Positions 1-10,233 are shown, counted from the stretch's first letter. The stretch is 64,000 nt of DNA from a virus (IMGVR_UViG_3300042997_001281:117394-181393), one strand, 5' to 3'. The notes: generated by a model not told the origin, from the sequence alone. Program-made: numbers and translations.

Positions 1-20
1 TGTATAACAGACCTTCCGGT

Positions 21-1250
21 ATGGTGTATAACCCAAATAATAATGAAATTTATGCACTTAACGTTGGTGCGGCATATTACATTAGTAGAGTTATACCAAA
101 CTCATCAACACAATCCATATTTGGGACATTTACGACCAGTGTAAACACATCTATTATAGGTATGAATACCGTAACAAATAAAGTTTATGGGGTTGACGTA
201 GGTGGCACTATACGTATGCAAAATACAACAATTCCACAAACCGAAACATATTTAGGAAATGGACCAACAAATCCAAAGGCGTTTGAATTTAATTCGGGAG
301 ATAATGTAATGTATCTTTCCTCATATACTGGAACGAGTTCAGGTGAAATATCGGTAATAGATGGTTCTTCTGAAACATTTATTACACAAGTTACTGGTTT
401 ACCAATTAATAGTACGAGTTATACATTAAGTTATAACTCAATTAACGATACTCTTTATCTTCCGGGTACGGGTACAACTGTTCAAAGATTTTCTACGATA
501 TCATATACAATAGTTGGGAGTATTGCGGTCAGTGGAACGGTTCGTTCATTATCATATAAATCATCAACTAATCAATTATTTGTAATCCATACAGGGGGTT
601 ATGATGTAATCGATTGTTCAACAAATAGTGTTACAAATTCATATAGTATTTCACTTGGGTTGACGATTTATAACTCTGTATATAACAGTGTAAACAATAA
701 ATTATACATCCCAATTTTTGATGGTGGAGTTGTTAAAGTTATTGATGTATCAACGGGTACACTATCAGATACAATAACAATACCGGATTCAACACCATTT
801 GATGTGGTATTTTATCCACCAACAAACACAATTTATGTGTCCGACCCCAAAACAACAACATTTAAAATTGTTGAGATATGTGGTTCAATTGGAGCAACAC
901 CAACCCCAACGGTAACACCTACATCAACGACAACCCCAACAATAACTCCAACATCAACGGGAACTATAACAACAACCCCAACTTCAACACCAACAATAAC
1001 TCCAACTTCAACACCTATGGAATTTTACTATTTTATTAGGGCAGTAAGTAACTGTGATACGGGCGCAGCGAGCGGCCCAACGTACATAGCGAAGTCCCTT
1101 GTTTCGTTATCAATAGGGACATTTGTAAATATGAGTAGTTTACCAAATCCTAATTGTGCTTGGAAAATAATAAGTGAAACCGTCGGTCCCGAGGACGACA
1201 TAATAAGCGGAAGTTGTGGAACAAGTATACCTGTGGGTTGCTGTTGTTAA
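21..1250 (+). CDS. Putative virion protein: YVTN/YncE-like beta-propeller repeats, Thr/Pro linker, Cys-rich C-terminus (probably 5'-truncated by the window)
   Basis: Repeated YNSxNxxLY/FYPPTNTIYV blades, (TP)n tract, ends in GCCC. The frame is open from base 3 (YNRPSG) so the true start is probably upstream. Confidence 0.6.
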   Translation: MVYNPNNNEIYALNVGAAYYISRVIPNSSTQSIFGTFTTSVNTSIIGMNTVTNKVYGVDVGGTIRMQNTTIPQTETYLGNGPTNPKAFEFNSGDNVMYLSSYTGTSSGEISVIDGSSETFITQVTGLPINSTSYTLSYNSINDTLYLPGTGTTVQRFSTISYTIVGSIAVSGTVRSLSYKSSTNQLFVIHTGGYDVIDCSTNSVTNSYSISLGLTIYNSVYNSVNNKLYIPIFDGGVVKVIDVSTGTLSDTITIPDSTPFDVVFYPPTNTIYVSDPKTTTFKIVEICGSIGATPTPTVTPTSTTTPTITPTSTGTITTTPTSTPTITPTSTPMEFYYFIRAVSNCDTGAASGPTYIAKSLVSLSIGTFVNMSSLPNPNCAWKIISETVGPEDDIISGSCGTSIPVGCCC

Positions 1251-1285
1251 AAAAATAATAAAAAATAGATTCATATTTAATATAG

Positions 1286-2725
1286 ATGCCAACTTCAAGT
1301 TATGAAATAACAGTTTCCAATTTTAATGGTACAACACCATGTGAAAGTTATTCAGTTTATACTGGAATAACTCACGACATTGATGACGCTGATTATGTGG
1401 AAGACGTTAACGTACCCGTTTCGGGATACACTTTAAGTTTGAATGTTGATAGTTCATATGATAATGTTTATTTATTTATTGAACATTGTGATGGACACAT
1501 TAACTCGGTGCCAACGTCAACACCTAAATTACAAGGTGGTTATCAATTGGTTTTTGTTGATTTAAGATGTGACGATTGTATTTCACAAATAATCCCAACA
1601 CCAACCCCCACGGGGACTAACACACCAACGGTAACACCAACACCCACAACAACTAGTACTGATGTTACACCAACACCAACAATAACCCCAACTCCCACTG
1701 TGACCCCCACAGGAACTAGTACACCTACGGCAACCCCTACAGGAACTCCAACAGGAACCAGTACCATAACACCAACACCGGCAGAAGGATGTTATTGTTA
1801 TGAATTCAATATTGATGAACGTGAATTTGGAGAATACGGAGGGCCAATACTTCAATATTTAGATTGTAGTTTAACACCTCAAAGTATAGGATTTAGTGGT
1901 GTTGGGGGATTTTCAGGATATTGCATATCCTCAATAACAGATTGGTATAGATATAATGGACCGGAAGAGTCTGATATCGTTCCGATTGAGTTTTCAACAT
2001 ATACTAATACATTAAACCCATGTACTATAGATGGTGATTGTATTGTAACGGGTGAACCAACACCAACACCTACATTAACCCCTACGGCGACACCAACAAT
2101 AACACCGACCCCTACTTTAACTCCAACAGGAACTAGTACACCTACTTTAACTCCTACAGGAACTAATACACCTACAGCAACTCCTACGGGAACTAGTACT
2201 CCAACGGCGACGACAACGGAACAATCAACACCTACACCTACAGAATCAAGACCATGTAATTGTTACACTGTTGAATGTTCGAATCCGGAAGGATGTTCGG
2301 TAACATATGAAGATTGTAACGGTGTGTTATTTGTAGACTCAATTTCGGGCTCAACAACCATAAATCTTTGTGGTAATATAGTCAATTTAGACCAACCTAA
2401 TTTAATAATTACAAATACAGGAAACGCATGTGTATTTGACGGTGAAATATACTCGTGTTTAACTGAGTGTCAATGCGCGAACATTTACATCGATGAAAGA
2501 GATTTAATTGCATCAGATGACGGTATTGTTTATGTTAGTATGATTAAATGTGACGGAACGGAAATTATAACCCAATACAATTCTCCTGCAACATATGTTG
2601 CGTGTGTACAAGTAATTAATAGTATTTACATTTTAAAATTAGGAATCCAAAGTGCTCCGTCGTATAGTACTGCAACGATAATACCTGGTAGTAACTGTAC
2701 AGTGGATAATGATTGTATGAGTTAA
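1286..2725 (+). CDS. Thr/Pro-rich (mucin-like), Cys-rich putative virion protein
   Basis: Two long TPTPT tracts separating three CxC...DC/KC modules. Confidence 0.55.
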   Translation: MPTSSYEITVSNFNGTTPCESYSVYTGITHDIDDADYVEDVNVPVSGYTLSLNVDSSYDNVYLFIEHCDGHINSVPTSTPKLQGGYQLVFVDLRCDDCISQIIPTPTPTGTNTPTVTPTPTTTSTDVTPTPTITPTPTVTPTGTSTPTATPTGTPTGTSTITPTPAEGCYCYEFNIDEREFGEYGGPILQYLDCSLTPQSIGFSGVGGFSGYCISSITDWYRYNGPEESDIVPIEFSTYTNTLNPCTIDGDCIVTGEPTPTPTLTPTATPTITPTPTLTPTGTSTPTLTPTGTNTPTATPTGTSTPTATTTEQSTPTPTESRPCNCYTVECSNPEGCSVTYEDCNGVLFVDSISGSTTINLCGNIVNLDQPNLIITNTGNACVFDGEIYSCLTECQCANIYIDERDLIASDDGIVYVSMIKCDGTEIITQYNSPATYVACVQVINSIYILKLGIQSAPSYSTATIIPGSNCTVDNDCMS

Positions 2726-2775
2726 TACCATTTAAAATTTACTTTCTAATATTTATCTGATATATTAGATACTAA

Positions 2776-3675
2776 ATGGCATGTACTCCAGATACAGTAA
2801 CCCCAAAAGGTGTTACAATTAATTTAAATTCGGGTTCAGATTACACAAATTGTACTGTTTATACGGGTCTAACGGACTCTACGGTTACGGGGACAACTAA
2901 TTGTGTAAATATAACTGGGACAACATGTACCTTAACAGGTTTGTCTGCAACATTAATGGAAGTTTTTGTTAAAATTGACTGTGAAGGGTGTTGTTCAAAT
3001 ACATTTAGAGTTAATTTAGATGAATGTTGTGGAGATATAGTATCGACACCAACGCCCACCCCAACAGTAACTCCTACGGGAACTAGTACTCCTACGGTAA
3101 CATCCACCTCGACACCAACATCTTCCGTATGTGAATGTAACACGTATAGAATTACATATATTTCTTATTGTGGAGAATTTATAAATTGGACTGATTGTAA
3201 CACAAACACACCGATGTCCGAACGGGGTGATTATTTTGGATTACCTACCCCCCAATTCACTATGGGAACGGTGTTAGATTTATGTTCTTGCTCTTTACCA
3301 ACAACAGATTGTACTTTAGTAACAATAAGTTTAGTTACTACTGGATGTACACTTGAAGGTGGATTTATTACAACCACCTCAACTATAACCCCAACCCCAA
3401 CACCAACATCATCTAATATACAATTTACAGTTCAAACAGGTGATACTCTATGTAATGGTGGGACCTGCCAATTAAATGGTAATATTGGTAACTCAACAAT
3501 TTACATGGGTTTAAGTGATTCGTTTGTTGATTCAACAATCGTTTTCTCGGATGCGGGACTGACAACATATTTCCCAGATACCAACGCAATTAATCCCGGC
3601 GCTTCATATCCGAATTTATATTATGTACTTAGTGGGGTGTTATATATAGATTGTTTAAAAGGTAGTGGATGTTAA
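2776..3675 (+). CDS. Thr/Pro- and Cys-rich putative virion protein, paralogous to the upstream gene
   Basis: N-terminal CxVYTG module resembles that of 1286..2725; shares the linker DNA actcctacgggaactagtactcc with it. Confidence 0.55.
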   Translation: MACTPDTVTPKGVTINLNSGSDYTNCTVYTGLTDSTVTGTTNCVNITGTTCTLTGLSATLMEVFVKIDCEGCCSNTFRVNLDECCGDIVSTPTPTPTVTPTGTSTPTVTSTSTPTSSVCECNTYRITYISYCGEFINWTDCNTNTPMSERGDYFGLPTPQFTMGTVLDLCSCSLPTTDCTLVTISLVTTGCTLEGGFITTTSTITPTPTPTSSNIQFTVQTGDTLCNGGTCQLNGNIGNSTIYMGLSDSFVDSTIVFSDAGLTTYFPDTNAINPGASYPNLYYVLSGVLYIDCLKGSGC

Positions 3676-3703
3676 TAAAATTAATTAAAAGTATTTATAT
3701 CAT

Positions 3704-5869
3704 ATGAGTTTTCTAAGTAAAAATAATTCGGAGTTCCTATCAGCAAGAATAACCCAAAAGGGAAGAAATTCTATTGCCAAAGGAAATTTTGTAATATCAT
3801 ATTTCCAAATTGGGGATTCTGAGTTTGATTACACAAATCCATTCACAGGATTAACGGGTTTAGGTGGTGTTCAACACCAATCAGTATTCTCACCATTTGA
3901 TAAAGAAGGTGGGGTAAAATACCCATATAAAATAGATTCATCTGATACCTCAACAACGTATGGTATTCCTATTGATATGTCAGTAACTGACATTTTAAGA
4001 AATGTAATGGGACCTGCGGGATTCGTTAGTAATTACGAAGAATATGATAGTGTTGCATGTACAGGAACAACAATCCAATGTACAACACAATCAATCCCAT
4101 TATCGGGAATTACAGGAACAACAAGTATAATTGTACCAACAGGTTCAAGTTTTAGTGACTGTGAATATATTACGGTGGTTTTCAATCAGTTCGGAGGTAC
4201 CGACCCTAACTATCCTGTTATCACAGGACAAGCGTCAAGTTTAATTTATCAAGTAATCAGTGTAAGTGGAAACACAATCACGGTGGATAGAAATTTACCT
4301 AACTTCTCAGGATGTTCGGGTAATGTTCAGGTTATTTGTAATTCGTGTGAAAATGAATATCCTATAGATGCGGGAATTAGTCCGTATTGTAGTCCAAATG
4401 ATATCGACCCATCACAACAATTAAATTCGTGGACAATGAATATTGTATGGGATAAAAAACCAACCGGATTTGATGTTAATGGTTTAGATGAAAATCTAAC
4501 TGGTTTCACAAGTAACAAACACGTATCAACAAAACAATTTTTAGGTTATACCACAACAAGTGGTCAAACATGGGTAAACAGTACAGGTGGAACAATTACG
4601 GGTGTTACATCTTATTACAATTCATTTGACGAGAAAATTATTGTTTCTCCCGAAGAACAAAGAACAATTGCGATTATTCATTATTCAGAATTGGGAGATT
4701 TAGTTAATGACCCTGAAAGATTTTATAAGTACGATGATTACATCTCAACAAATAATGTTGAAGGTGATGCGTTATTGGAAGATGCCGATGAGAACACAAT
4801 TACCGATTTAGAATATTTTGAGGTTTATATTCCGTTTGTTCAATATCACAGAAATACTGGAACCACAGTTGGTGCGTTATTTACAATGGATACTACCGAT
4901 TACTATATGAAATCAAGTATTAACCCAACTCAATTATTATTGTTCAGATATTTGTTAGATGAACAAGGTTATAAAGTTGGTAAGATTTACGTTAACAACA
5001 AAACAATTGTTTTTGACGACCAAGAACTTATTGCGGTACTTGACTATAAATCAAATAGAAAATACACATTACCAGCACCTAAAATTAGTTTAATTCCGAG
5101 TGACACATCTACAGGAGAATCATTCTTCACAGGTTCAACAACAGGACAAACTATTTGGGTAACATACATGTTCAATTACACAGGTGACACACAATTAAAT
5201 GGATTACCATGTAATTATTATTCTAAAATTGAAGTATTTGATGGTGACGAATGTTTAAAAAACCCATCTCAATTATTTGTTAAATTTGGAGAAGATAGTT
5301 TCCCATTCATGAATAACACAAACGTGTGTTCAGGAGCGTCATCAGGATTCATCGCAAACCAATTCCAAATTTTGGTACAAGTTACTGATACAGGTGAACT
5401 ACCGATTCATGATAACTGGACAAGAATCAATTACACATCACACATTTCGGGACATACGGTTGGACAATTAATTGACCCATTAGATATCACTAATGTTTCA
5501 ATGAAAGTTACAAACGCAATGTATACAAGTGGTACATTATATGATATTGAAAGTTATTTAGGTTTAGTTCCCAATGAATCTGATTCATTAACCGAACCTG
5601 GATTACCACAATTTGGTGATGAACAACCATTTCCGGGAAGTATTAGATTGGTTAGAGCAACTGACATAGAAAGAATGACATTTATGGTAAACTTACCATC
5701 ATCTCAGTTCACAACAACACAAAATCCTACTTACCCATCAGGTGCGGATAAAAGAATTACTGAAGTTGCCTTATTGAACAGTAATAAGGAAGTTATGGTG
5801 ATTGCTAAAACCGCAAAACCAATTAAAAGAATTGGCACACAAGTGTTTGGAGTAAGATTAGACTTCTAA
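3704..5869 (+). CDS. Putative baseplate/tail-collar structural protein
   Basis: 721 aa; N-terminal ARITQKGR..FQIGDSEFDY and C-terminal ITEVALLNSNKEVMVIAK resemble tail-collar/baseplate wedge motifs. Confidence 0.45.
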   Translation: MSFLSKNNSEFLSARITQKGRNSIAKGNFVISYFQIGDSEFDYTNPFTGLTGLGGVQHQSVFSPFDKEGGVKYPYKIDSSDTSTTYGIPIDMSVTDILRNVMGPAGFVSNYEEYDSVACTGTTIQCTTQSIPLSGITGTTSIIVPTGSSFSDCEYITVVFNQFGGTDPNYPVITGQASSLIYQVISVSGNTITVDRNLPNFSGCSGNVQVICNSCENEYPIDAGISPYCSPNDIDPSQQLNSWTMNIVWDKKPTGFDVNGLDENLTGFTSNKHVSTKQFLGYTTTSGQTWVNSTGGTITGVTSYYNSFDEKIIVSPEEQRTIAIIHYSELGDLVNDPERFYKYDDYISTNNVEGDALLEDADENTITDLEYFEVYIPFVQYHRNTGTTVGALFTMDTTDYYMKSSINPTQLLLFRYLLDEQGYKVGKIYVNNKTIVFDDQELIAVLDYKSNRKYTLPAPKISLIPSDTSTGESFFTGSTTGQTIWVTYMFNYTGDTQLNGLPCNYYSKIEVFDGDECLKNPSQLFVKFGEDSFPFMNNTNVCSGASSGFIANQFQILVQVTDTGELPIHDNWTRINYTSHISGHTVGQLIDPLDITNVSMKVTNAMYTSGTLYDIESYLGLVPNESDSLTEPGLPQFGDEQPFPGSIRLVRATDIERMTFMVNLPSSQFTTTQNPTYPSGADKRITEVALLNSNKEVMVIAKTAKPIKRIGTQVFGVRLDF

Positions 5870-5908
5870 GACTTTACTAATTGCATAATATTTCTTATAT
5901 ATTGTTAT

Positions 5909-6508
5909 ATGAGTATAAAACTAAAGAATGCACCCAAAATTTTGGGTTTAGACATTTCAACTAAGACCATCGGATGGGCGCTATTTGATATCGGTTCTTC
6001 TAAATTATTAGAACTGACACATTTTTCACCAAAAATTAAACCTCAACCCGAAGATAAAATTGAAGAACTTTTATTGAAGGCCGATGCGTTTAAAAAACAA
6101 TTGGAGAACTACAGAGATGTTGGTATTACCAAGGTGGTGATTGAAGAGCCACTATTACAATCAAATAACATTTACACAGTTGGTACCCTTTTAAGGTATA
6201 ACACATTGATTCTCAAGTCGTGTTATGATGTTCTTGGAGTACTCCCAACATTTATTTCAACTTACAACGCAAGGAAATTTGCATTTCCTGATTTGGTAAG
6301 TATGAACGATAAAGGTAGGAAAGTTTTATTTGGTGGTTTACCAAAAGACATTGATAAAAAACACGTTATATGGGAACACGTTAATGCGGTGTGTCCTGAG
6401 GTTGAGTGGTTATATGGTAAAACGGGACAACTCAGAAAAGAGAATTACGATATGAGTGACGCAGCAACTGCCGTTATCGGTCATGTTAATATGCAAAAAA
6501 GTTTATAA
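5909..6508 (+). CDS. RuvC-like Holliday junction resolvase
   Basis: ILGLDISTKTIGWA, VVIEEP and DMSDAA acidic motifs of the RNase H/RuvC fold. Confidence 0.8.
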   Translation: MSIKLKNAPKILGLDISTKTIGWALFDIGSSKLLELTHFSPKIKPQPEDKIEELLLKADAFKKQLENYRDVGITKVVIEEPLLQSNNIYTVGTLLRYNTLILKSCYDVLGVLPTFISTYNARKFAFPDLVSMNDKGRKVLFGGLPKDIDKKHVIWEHVNAVCPEVEWLYGKTGQLRKENYDMSDAATAVIGHVNMQKSL

Positions 6509-6550
6509 TTAATTTTTTTTTATAAATCTTTTTACTTATATTCTACAATA

Positions 6551-6619
6551 GTACTGAACCTATAGAAATATAGGTGTTAGTTACGGGTGGGGGTTTTGGT
6601 GTAACCTCCGCCCTTTTTT
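6551..6619 (+). ncRNA. Candidate small structured RNA (two hairpins) in the resolvase-primase intergenic region
   Basis: 14-bp bulged stem 6551-6584 capped by GAAA, directly followed by a GC-rich hairpin and U-tract; TTTTACTTATATT promoter-like element at 6530-6542; no ORF. Confidence 0.35.
6585..6619 (+). terminator. Intrinsic terminator
   Basis: GGGTGGGGGTT-ttggtgt-AACCTCCGCCC stem (two G-U pairs) followed by TTTTTT. Confidence 0.7.
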
Positions 6620-6626
6620 ATGCTCA

Positions 6627-6656
6627 TTTGGAAAATCCATTTTTTTTATTTATATT
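6627..6656 (+). promoter_or_regulatory. Bacteroidota-type/sigma70-like promoter for the primase operon
   Basis: TTTG(6627-30)-N20-TATATT(6651-56). Confidence 0.5.
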
Positions 6657-7604
6657 ATGGGTATGGCAACCCTTATTATGGAATACGAACCGATTATAGA
6701 CATTCTTGAAGACATCTTAGGGGGACATCACATGCACAACGACTACAAGGGTCAAATGTCATTTGATTGTCCTGTTTGTTCACATGATATCAAAGGTTTA
6801 GATGATGGTGATGGTAAGGGAAATTTGGAAGTAAATTATCGTCGAGGTGTTTATAAATGTTGGTCTTGTGCAGAAACACATAACACATATGGTTCACTTT
6901 ATAAGTTGATAAAAAAACACGGTAACGCAAAACATCTTAAAAATTATGAACTATTAAGACCTGAAGAAGATGAGGATGGAAATAAGAGAGTTTATAATAA
7001 AGTTCAATTACCAAAAGAATATAACTCGTTTGACAAGGCAAGTGCGGGATTAAAACTAACTCCACAATATAGACAAGCGTGGAATTATATTAAAAAAAGA
7101 AACATTACCGACCAAATGATTACCCGATATAACATTGGGTTTTGTTATGAAGGTCCATATGCATTTAGAATTATCATTCCATCATATGATGAATATTTCA
7201 AATTAAATTATTTTATTGCCAGGTCGTATCTGACAAAACCTTATATGAAATATAAGAACCCCGAGGTTCAAAAAGAAATCATTATATGGAACGAATATAA
7301 CATCAAATGGGAAGACCCCGTTTATATTGTCGAGGGCGCGTTCGATAGTATATTCTTACCCAACTCAGTACCAATGTTAGGTAAGTTCATGTCGGAACAT
7401 TTATTTAATAAAATCTATGACAACGCAACTAAGGTGGTTATTGTGTTGGATGGAGACGCATGGAATGATGCTGAATTGTTATTCCACAAATTGAATTGTG
7501 GTAAGTTGATGGGTAAGGTATGGATAATTAAACTTCCAATAGAACAAGATATTGCCGACTTACAGGGTAAATTAGGTGATTACAAAGAATTTAAATTAGA
7601 ATGA
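6657..7604 (+). CDS. DNA primase (Zn finger + TOPRIM)
   Basis: CPVC...CWSC zinc ribbon; VEGAFD and LDGDA TOPRIM motifs. Confidence 0.85.
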   Translation: MGMATLIMEYEPIIDILEDILGGHHMHNDYKGQMSFDCPVCSHDIKGLDDGDGKGNLEVNYRRGVYKCWSCAETHNTYGSLYKLIKKHGNAKHLKNYELLRPEEDEDGNKRVYNKVQLPKEYNSFDKASAGLKLTPQYRQAWNYIKKRNITDQMITRYNIGFCYEGPYAFRIIIPSYDEYFKLNYFIARSYLTKPYMKYKNPEVQKEIIIWNEYNIKWEDPVYIVEGAFDSIFLPNSVPMLGKFMSEHLFNKIYDNATKVVIVLDGDAWNDAELLFHKLNCGKLMGKVWIIKLPIEQDIADLQGKLGDYKEFKLE

Positions 7605-8464
7605 TAGACTTAAAACAGATTGCTCAGGAGATGAGAGATGCTCTTGAGATTAGAAGACAGGAAATGGAACTCACATTCATTGAAGAGGACCACATTTATT
7701 ATATGAAGGATACCGATGGTGTTATTAAAAGTAACTTTCCTTCAGTTTCTAAAGTAATAAAGAATTTTTATGTACCATTTGACGCTGAAACAAAATCACT
7801 TCAAATGGCCAAAGGTGATTTAAATAAACAAAGGGAATTACTGGAGCAATGGAAGGCATCGGGAGATTACTCAACCAATATGGGTAGTCGTGTTCACTAT
7901 TTGTTAGAAACCGAAACCATCACAAGGTATGGAGACTATAAACAAGTTAGAGAACCAATCTTTAATTGTGATAACAGTCAAATTATTAAGAGTGATTCGA
8001 TGATTGGTGCTGGTAATAAGTTCTTAGATTTAATGACCGAGAGAAATGCGGTATTATTAGACACGGAACTTGTACTTGGTGACCCTGAATTAGGTTACAC
8101 AGGTCAACCAGATAAAGTGTGGTTGATGATGAACAAAACACAAGATGGTTTTGGTATCGTTGTTACGGATTGGAAAACAAATCAACCAAAGAACTTTAAA
8201 ATCCAACCTTACACAGGTAAGATGATACATCCGTTTGAAAATTATTACGATACGGCATTAACACATTATTTTATTCAATTACCATTATACGGTAAGTTGT
8301 TAATTAAAATGTTACAGGGTACTAAATTTGACCTAACAAAATTATTGGGTTGTGTTGTTGTTTTATTAAAAGACGATGGTACATTTGAAGAGTTTAAGGT
8401 ACCATTTGAAGTTACCCAATCAATATTACAAATGAATGTTAAACAATACATGAAAAAGAAATGA
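7601..8464 (+). CDS. PD-(D/E)XK superfamily exonuclease (RecB/AddB-like)
   Basis: G..VH..LE, ELVLG...GQPDKV...VTDWKT and Q..LY motifs. Confidence 0.75.
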   Translation: MIDLKQIAQEMRDALEIRRQEMELTFIEEDHIYYMKDTDGVIKSNFPSVSKVIKNFYVPFDAETKSLQMAKGDLNKQRELLEQWKASGDYSTNMGSRVHYLLETETITRYGDYKQVREPIFNCDNSQIIKSDSMIGAGNKFLDLMTERNAVLLDTELVLGDPELGYTGQPDKVWLMMNKTQDGFGIVVTDWKTNQPKNFKIQPYTGKMIHPFENYYDTALTHYFIQLPLYGKLLIKMLQGTKFDLTKLLGCVVVLLKDDGTFEEFKVPFEVTQSILQMNVKQYMKKK

Positions 8465-9264
8465 TAAAAAAGATTATACATATTGCAGATTTGCACATTC
8501 GTACATATCAATACCATGAGATGTACAAGAGACAATTTGATTTACTATTGGAAGATTTAAAGGAACAAGTTTTGGATTATGACTATTCTGAAATTAGAGT
8601 TGTAATTGCTGGAGACATTGCACATCAAAAGATTAATATTTCAAACGAACAAATGATGTTAACCTCTTGGTTAATTAAAGAACTTGCCGATATTATTGGT
8701 AAAGTTATTATCATTCCGGGTAACCATGACTTCTTGGAGAACAACGTACAGCGTTTAGATAGTATCACACCTGTGGTTGAGTTATTAAACCACGAGGATA
8801 TTAAATACTATAAAAATAGTGGAGTATATGAAGATGACAACATCAATTGGGTTGTTTATTCATTATATGAACACAATCAAAAACCTGAGTACACAAAAGA
8901 AGAAGGTTTCTACGTTGGTTTATTTCACGGACCAATTCAAGGTCTGTCAACCGACTTAGGATTTGAATTTGAAAGTGCGTACTCACCATTAAACTTTGTT
9001 GATTTAGATTTACTTCTATGTGGTGATATTCATAAGAGACAAATGTTTGATTTACCCGGTGGAGGTAAGGCAATAATGATTGGTTCATTAATCCAACAGA
9101 ACTTCGGTGAGACCGTAAACTACCACGGATATGGTATTTATGATGTACCAACAAACGAATACACAACACGCGATTTAAAAAACGAACAACCATTCCTGCA
9201 CTTCTCAATATCAGATATTGCAGACATAGAAAATGAAGAAGAAAATCTCCTTAACGTTAGATAA
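8461..9264 (+). CDS. sbcD: SbcD/Mre11-like metallophosphoesterase nuclease subunit
   Basis: HIADLH, GDIAH, GNHD and GDIH motifs; Rad50-like gene 1.4 kb downstream. Confidence 0.85.
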   Translation: MIKKIIHIADLHIRTYQYHEMYKRQFDLLLEDLKEQVLDYDYSEIRVVIAGDIAHQKINISNEQMMLTSWLIKELADIIGKVIIIPGNHDFLENNVQRLDSITPVVELLNHEDIKYYKNSGVYEDDNINWVVYSLYEHNQKPEYTKEEGFYVGLFHGPIQGLSTDLGFEFESAYSPLNFVDLDLLLCGDIHKRQMFDLPGGGKAIMIGSLIQQNFGETVNYHGYGIYDVPTNEYTTRDLKNEQPFLHFSISDIADIENEEENLLNVR

Positions 9265-9844
9265 CGACTTTCAACAATATTGTGATTTAAACAACATTGA
9301 AAACCCTGAGAAACTTGCCAAACAAGTATTCAATAAGGGGTTTTCGTTGTTGAAGTATGGTGAGACACCTAACGGGTTTAAATCAGAACCCACGGTTGTT
9401 GAAAAGGAGGTAATCAAAGAAGTTATTAAAGAGGTTGAGGTAGAGAAGATTGTTGAGAAGATAGTTAAAGTTCCTGTTGAAGTTATTAAGGAAGTAATCA
9501 AAGAGGTACCAGTTGAGGTCATTAGGGAAGTAATTAAAGAGGTAACCGTTGAAGTGGTTAGAGAAGTACCTATCGAAATAAAAGGTGACACTCAAGTCAT
9601 TACAAAAGAAATAATCAAAGAAGTTAAGGTAGAGGTACCTGTTGAGGTTATTAAGGAAGTTAAGGTTGAAAAAATTGTTGAGGTTATAAAAGAAGTAATC
9701 AACACAGAAGAAATTGACAAATTAACCCAAGAGAATCTTAAACTAACAAACGAATTGAATTCACTTAAAAGTTCCCTCGACAATATTGGTAAGAAGGGTA
9801 CATTAATGCGTGGTAGTAATATGTCATCATTATATGACGAATAA
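9233..9844 (+). CDS. V/E/K/I-repeat (alveolin/articulin-like) protein with coiled coil
   Basis: About 100 aa of EVIKEV/EKIVE/VPVE repeats; C-terminal heptads. Confidence 0.6.
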   Translation: MKKKISLTLDNDFQQYCDLNNIENPEKLAKQVFNKGFSLLKYGETPNGFKSEPTVVEKEVIKEVIKEVEVEKIVEKIVKVPVEVIKEVIKEVPVEVIREVIKEVTVEVVREVPIEIKGDTQVITKEIIKEVKVEVPVEVIKEVKVEKIVEVIKEVINTEEIDKLTQENLKLTNELNSLKSSLDNIGKKGTLMRGSNMSSLYDE

Positions 9845-9874
9845 TTTGGTTTAGTCAAATTTTTTTCGTATTAT
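9845..9874 (+). promoter_or_regulatory. Bacteroidota-type promoter
   Basis: TTTG(9845-48)-N20-TATTAT(9869-74). Confidence 0.45.
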
Positions 9875-9890
9875 TTTAATAAAAAAACTT

Positions 9891-10199
9891 ATGGCAACAT
9901 TATTTTTATGGTCTTTTATGGCATATGGAATGACAACAATACTTGTCTATGGTTCCATCTTTGAAAAATCAAGAGAGTGGATTAAACGAAATTCAAAATT
10001 CTTTGGAGATTTAATTTCATGCATGTTATGTACATCGACGTGGGTCGGTTTCTTCATGTCAATAACCCTTGGTGGATTAACTACATCATTGGATATCCAT
10101 TGGATACCATCAATTTTTTTCGATGGTATGTTTACTGCGGGTATTGTTTGGGCGATTAACGGAATCGTTGAGTTCTTCGAGGAGAGCAGAATAAAATAA
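9891..10199 (+). CDS. Small membrane protein (DUF1360-like)
   Basis: Three hydrophobic segments; LISCMLCTSTW CxxC motif. Confidence 0.5.
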   Translation: MATLFLWSFMAYGMTTILVYGSIFEKSREWIKRNSKFFGDLISCMLCTSTWVGFFMSITLGGLTTSLDIHWIPSIFFDGMFTAGIVWAINGIVEFFEESRIK

Positions 10200-10233
10200 A
10201 CCACCATTGAGTGGATGCATTAGATTATGATTA

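Noticed and set aside
1543-3143. Minus-strand V/G-rich ORFs (1543..1767, 2859..3143; likewise 16932..17426, 9271..9591)
   Set aside because: They are antisense shadows of Thr/Pro or V/E/K repeats in the real + strand genes.
5909-8464. CRISPR-Cas or TnpB/IscB system (RuvC-fold plus Cas4-like nuclease)
   Set aside because: No repeat-spacer array, Cas1/2 or transposon ends. The 199-aa RuvC lacks TnpB Zn-finger/bridge regions and sits in an ordinary replication operon.
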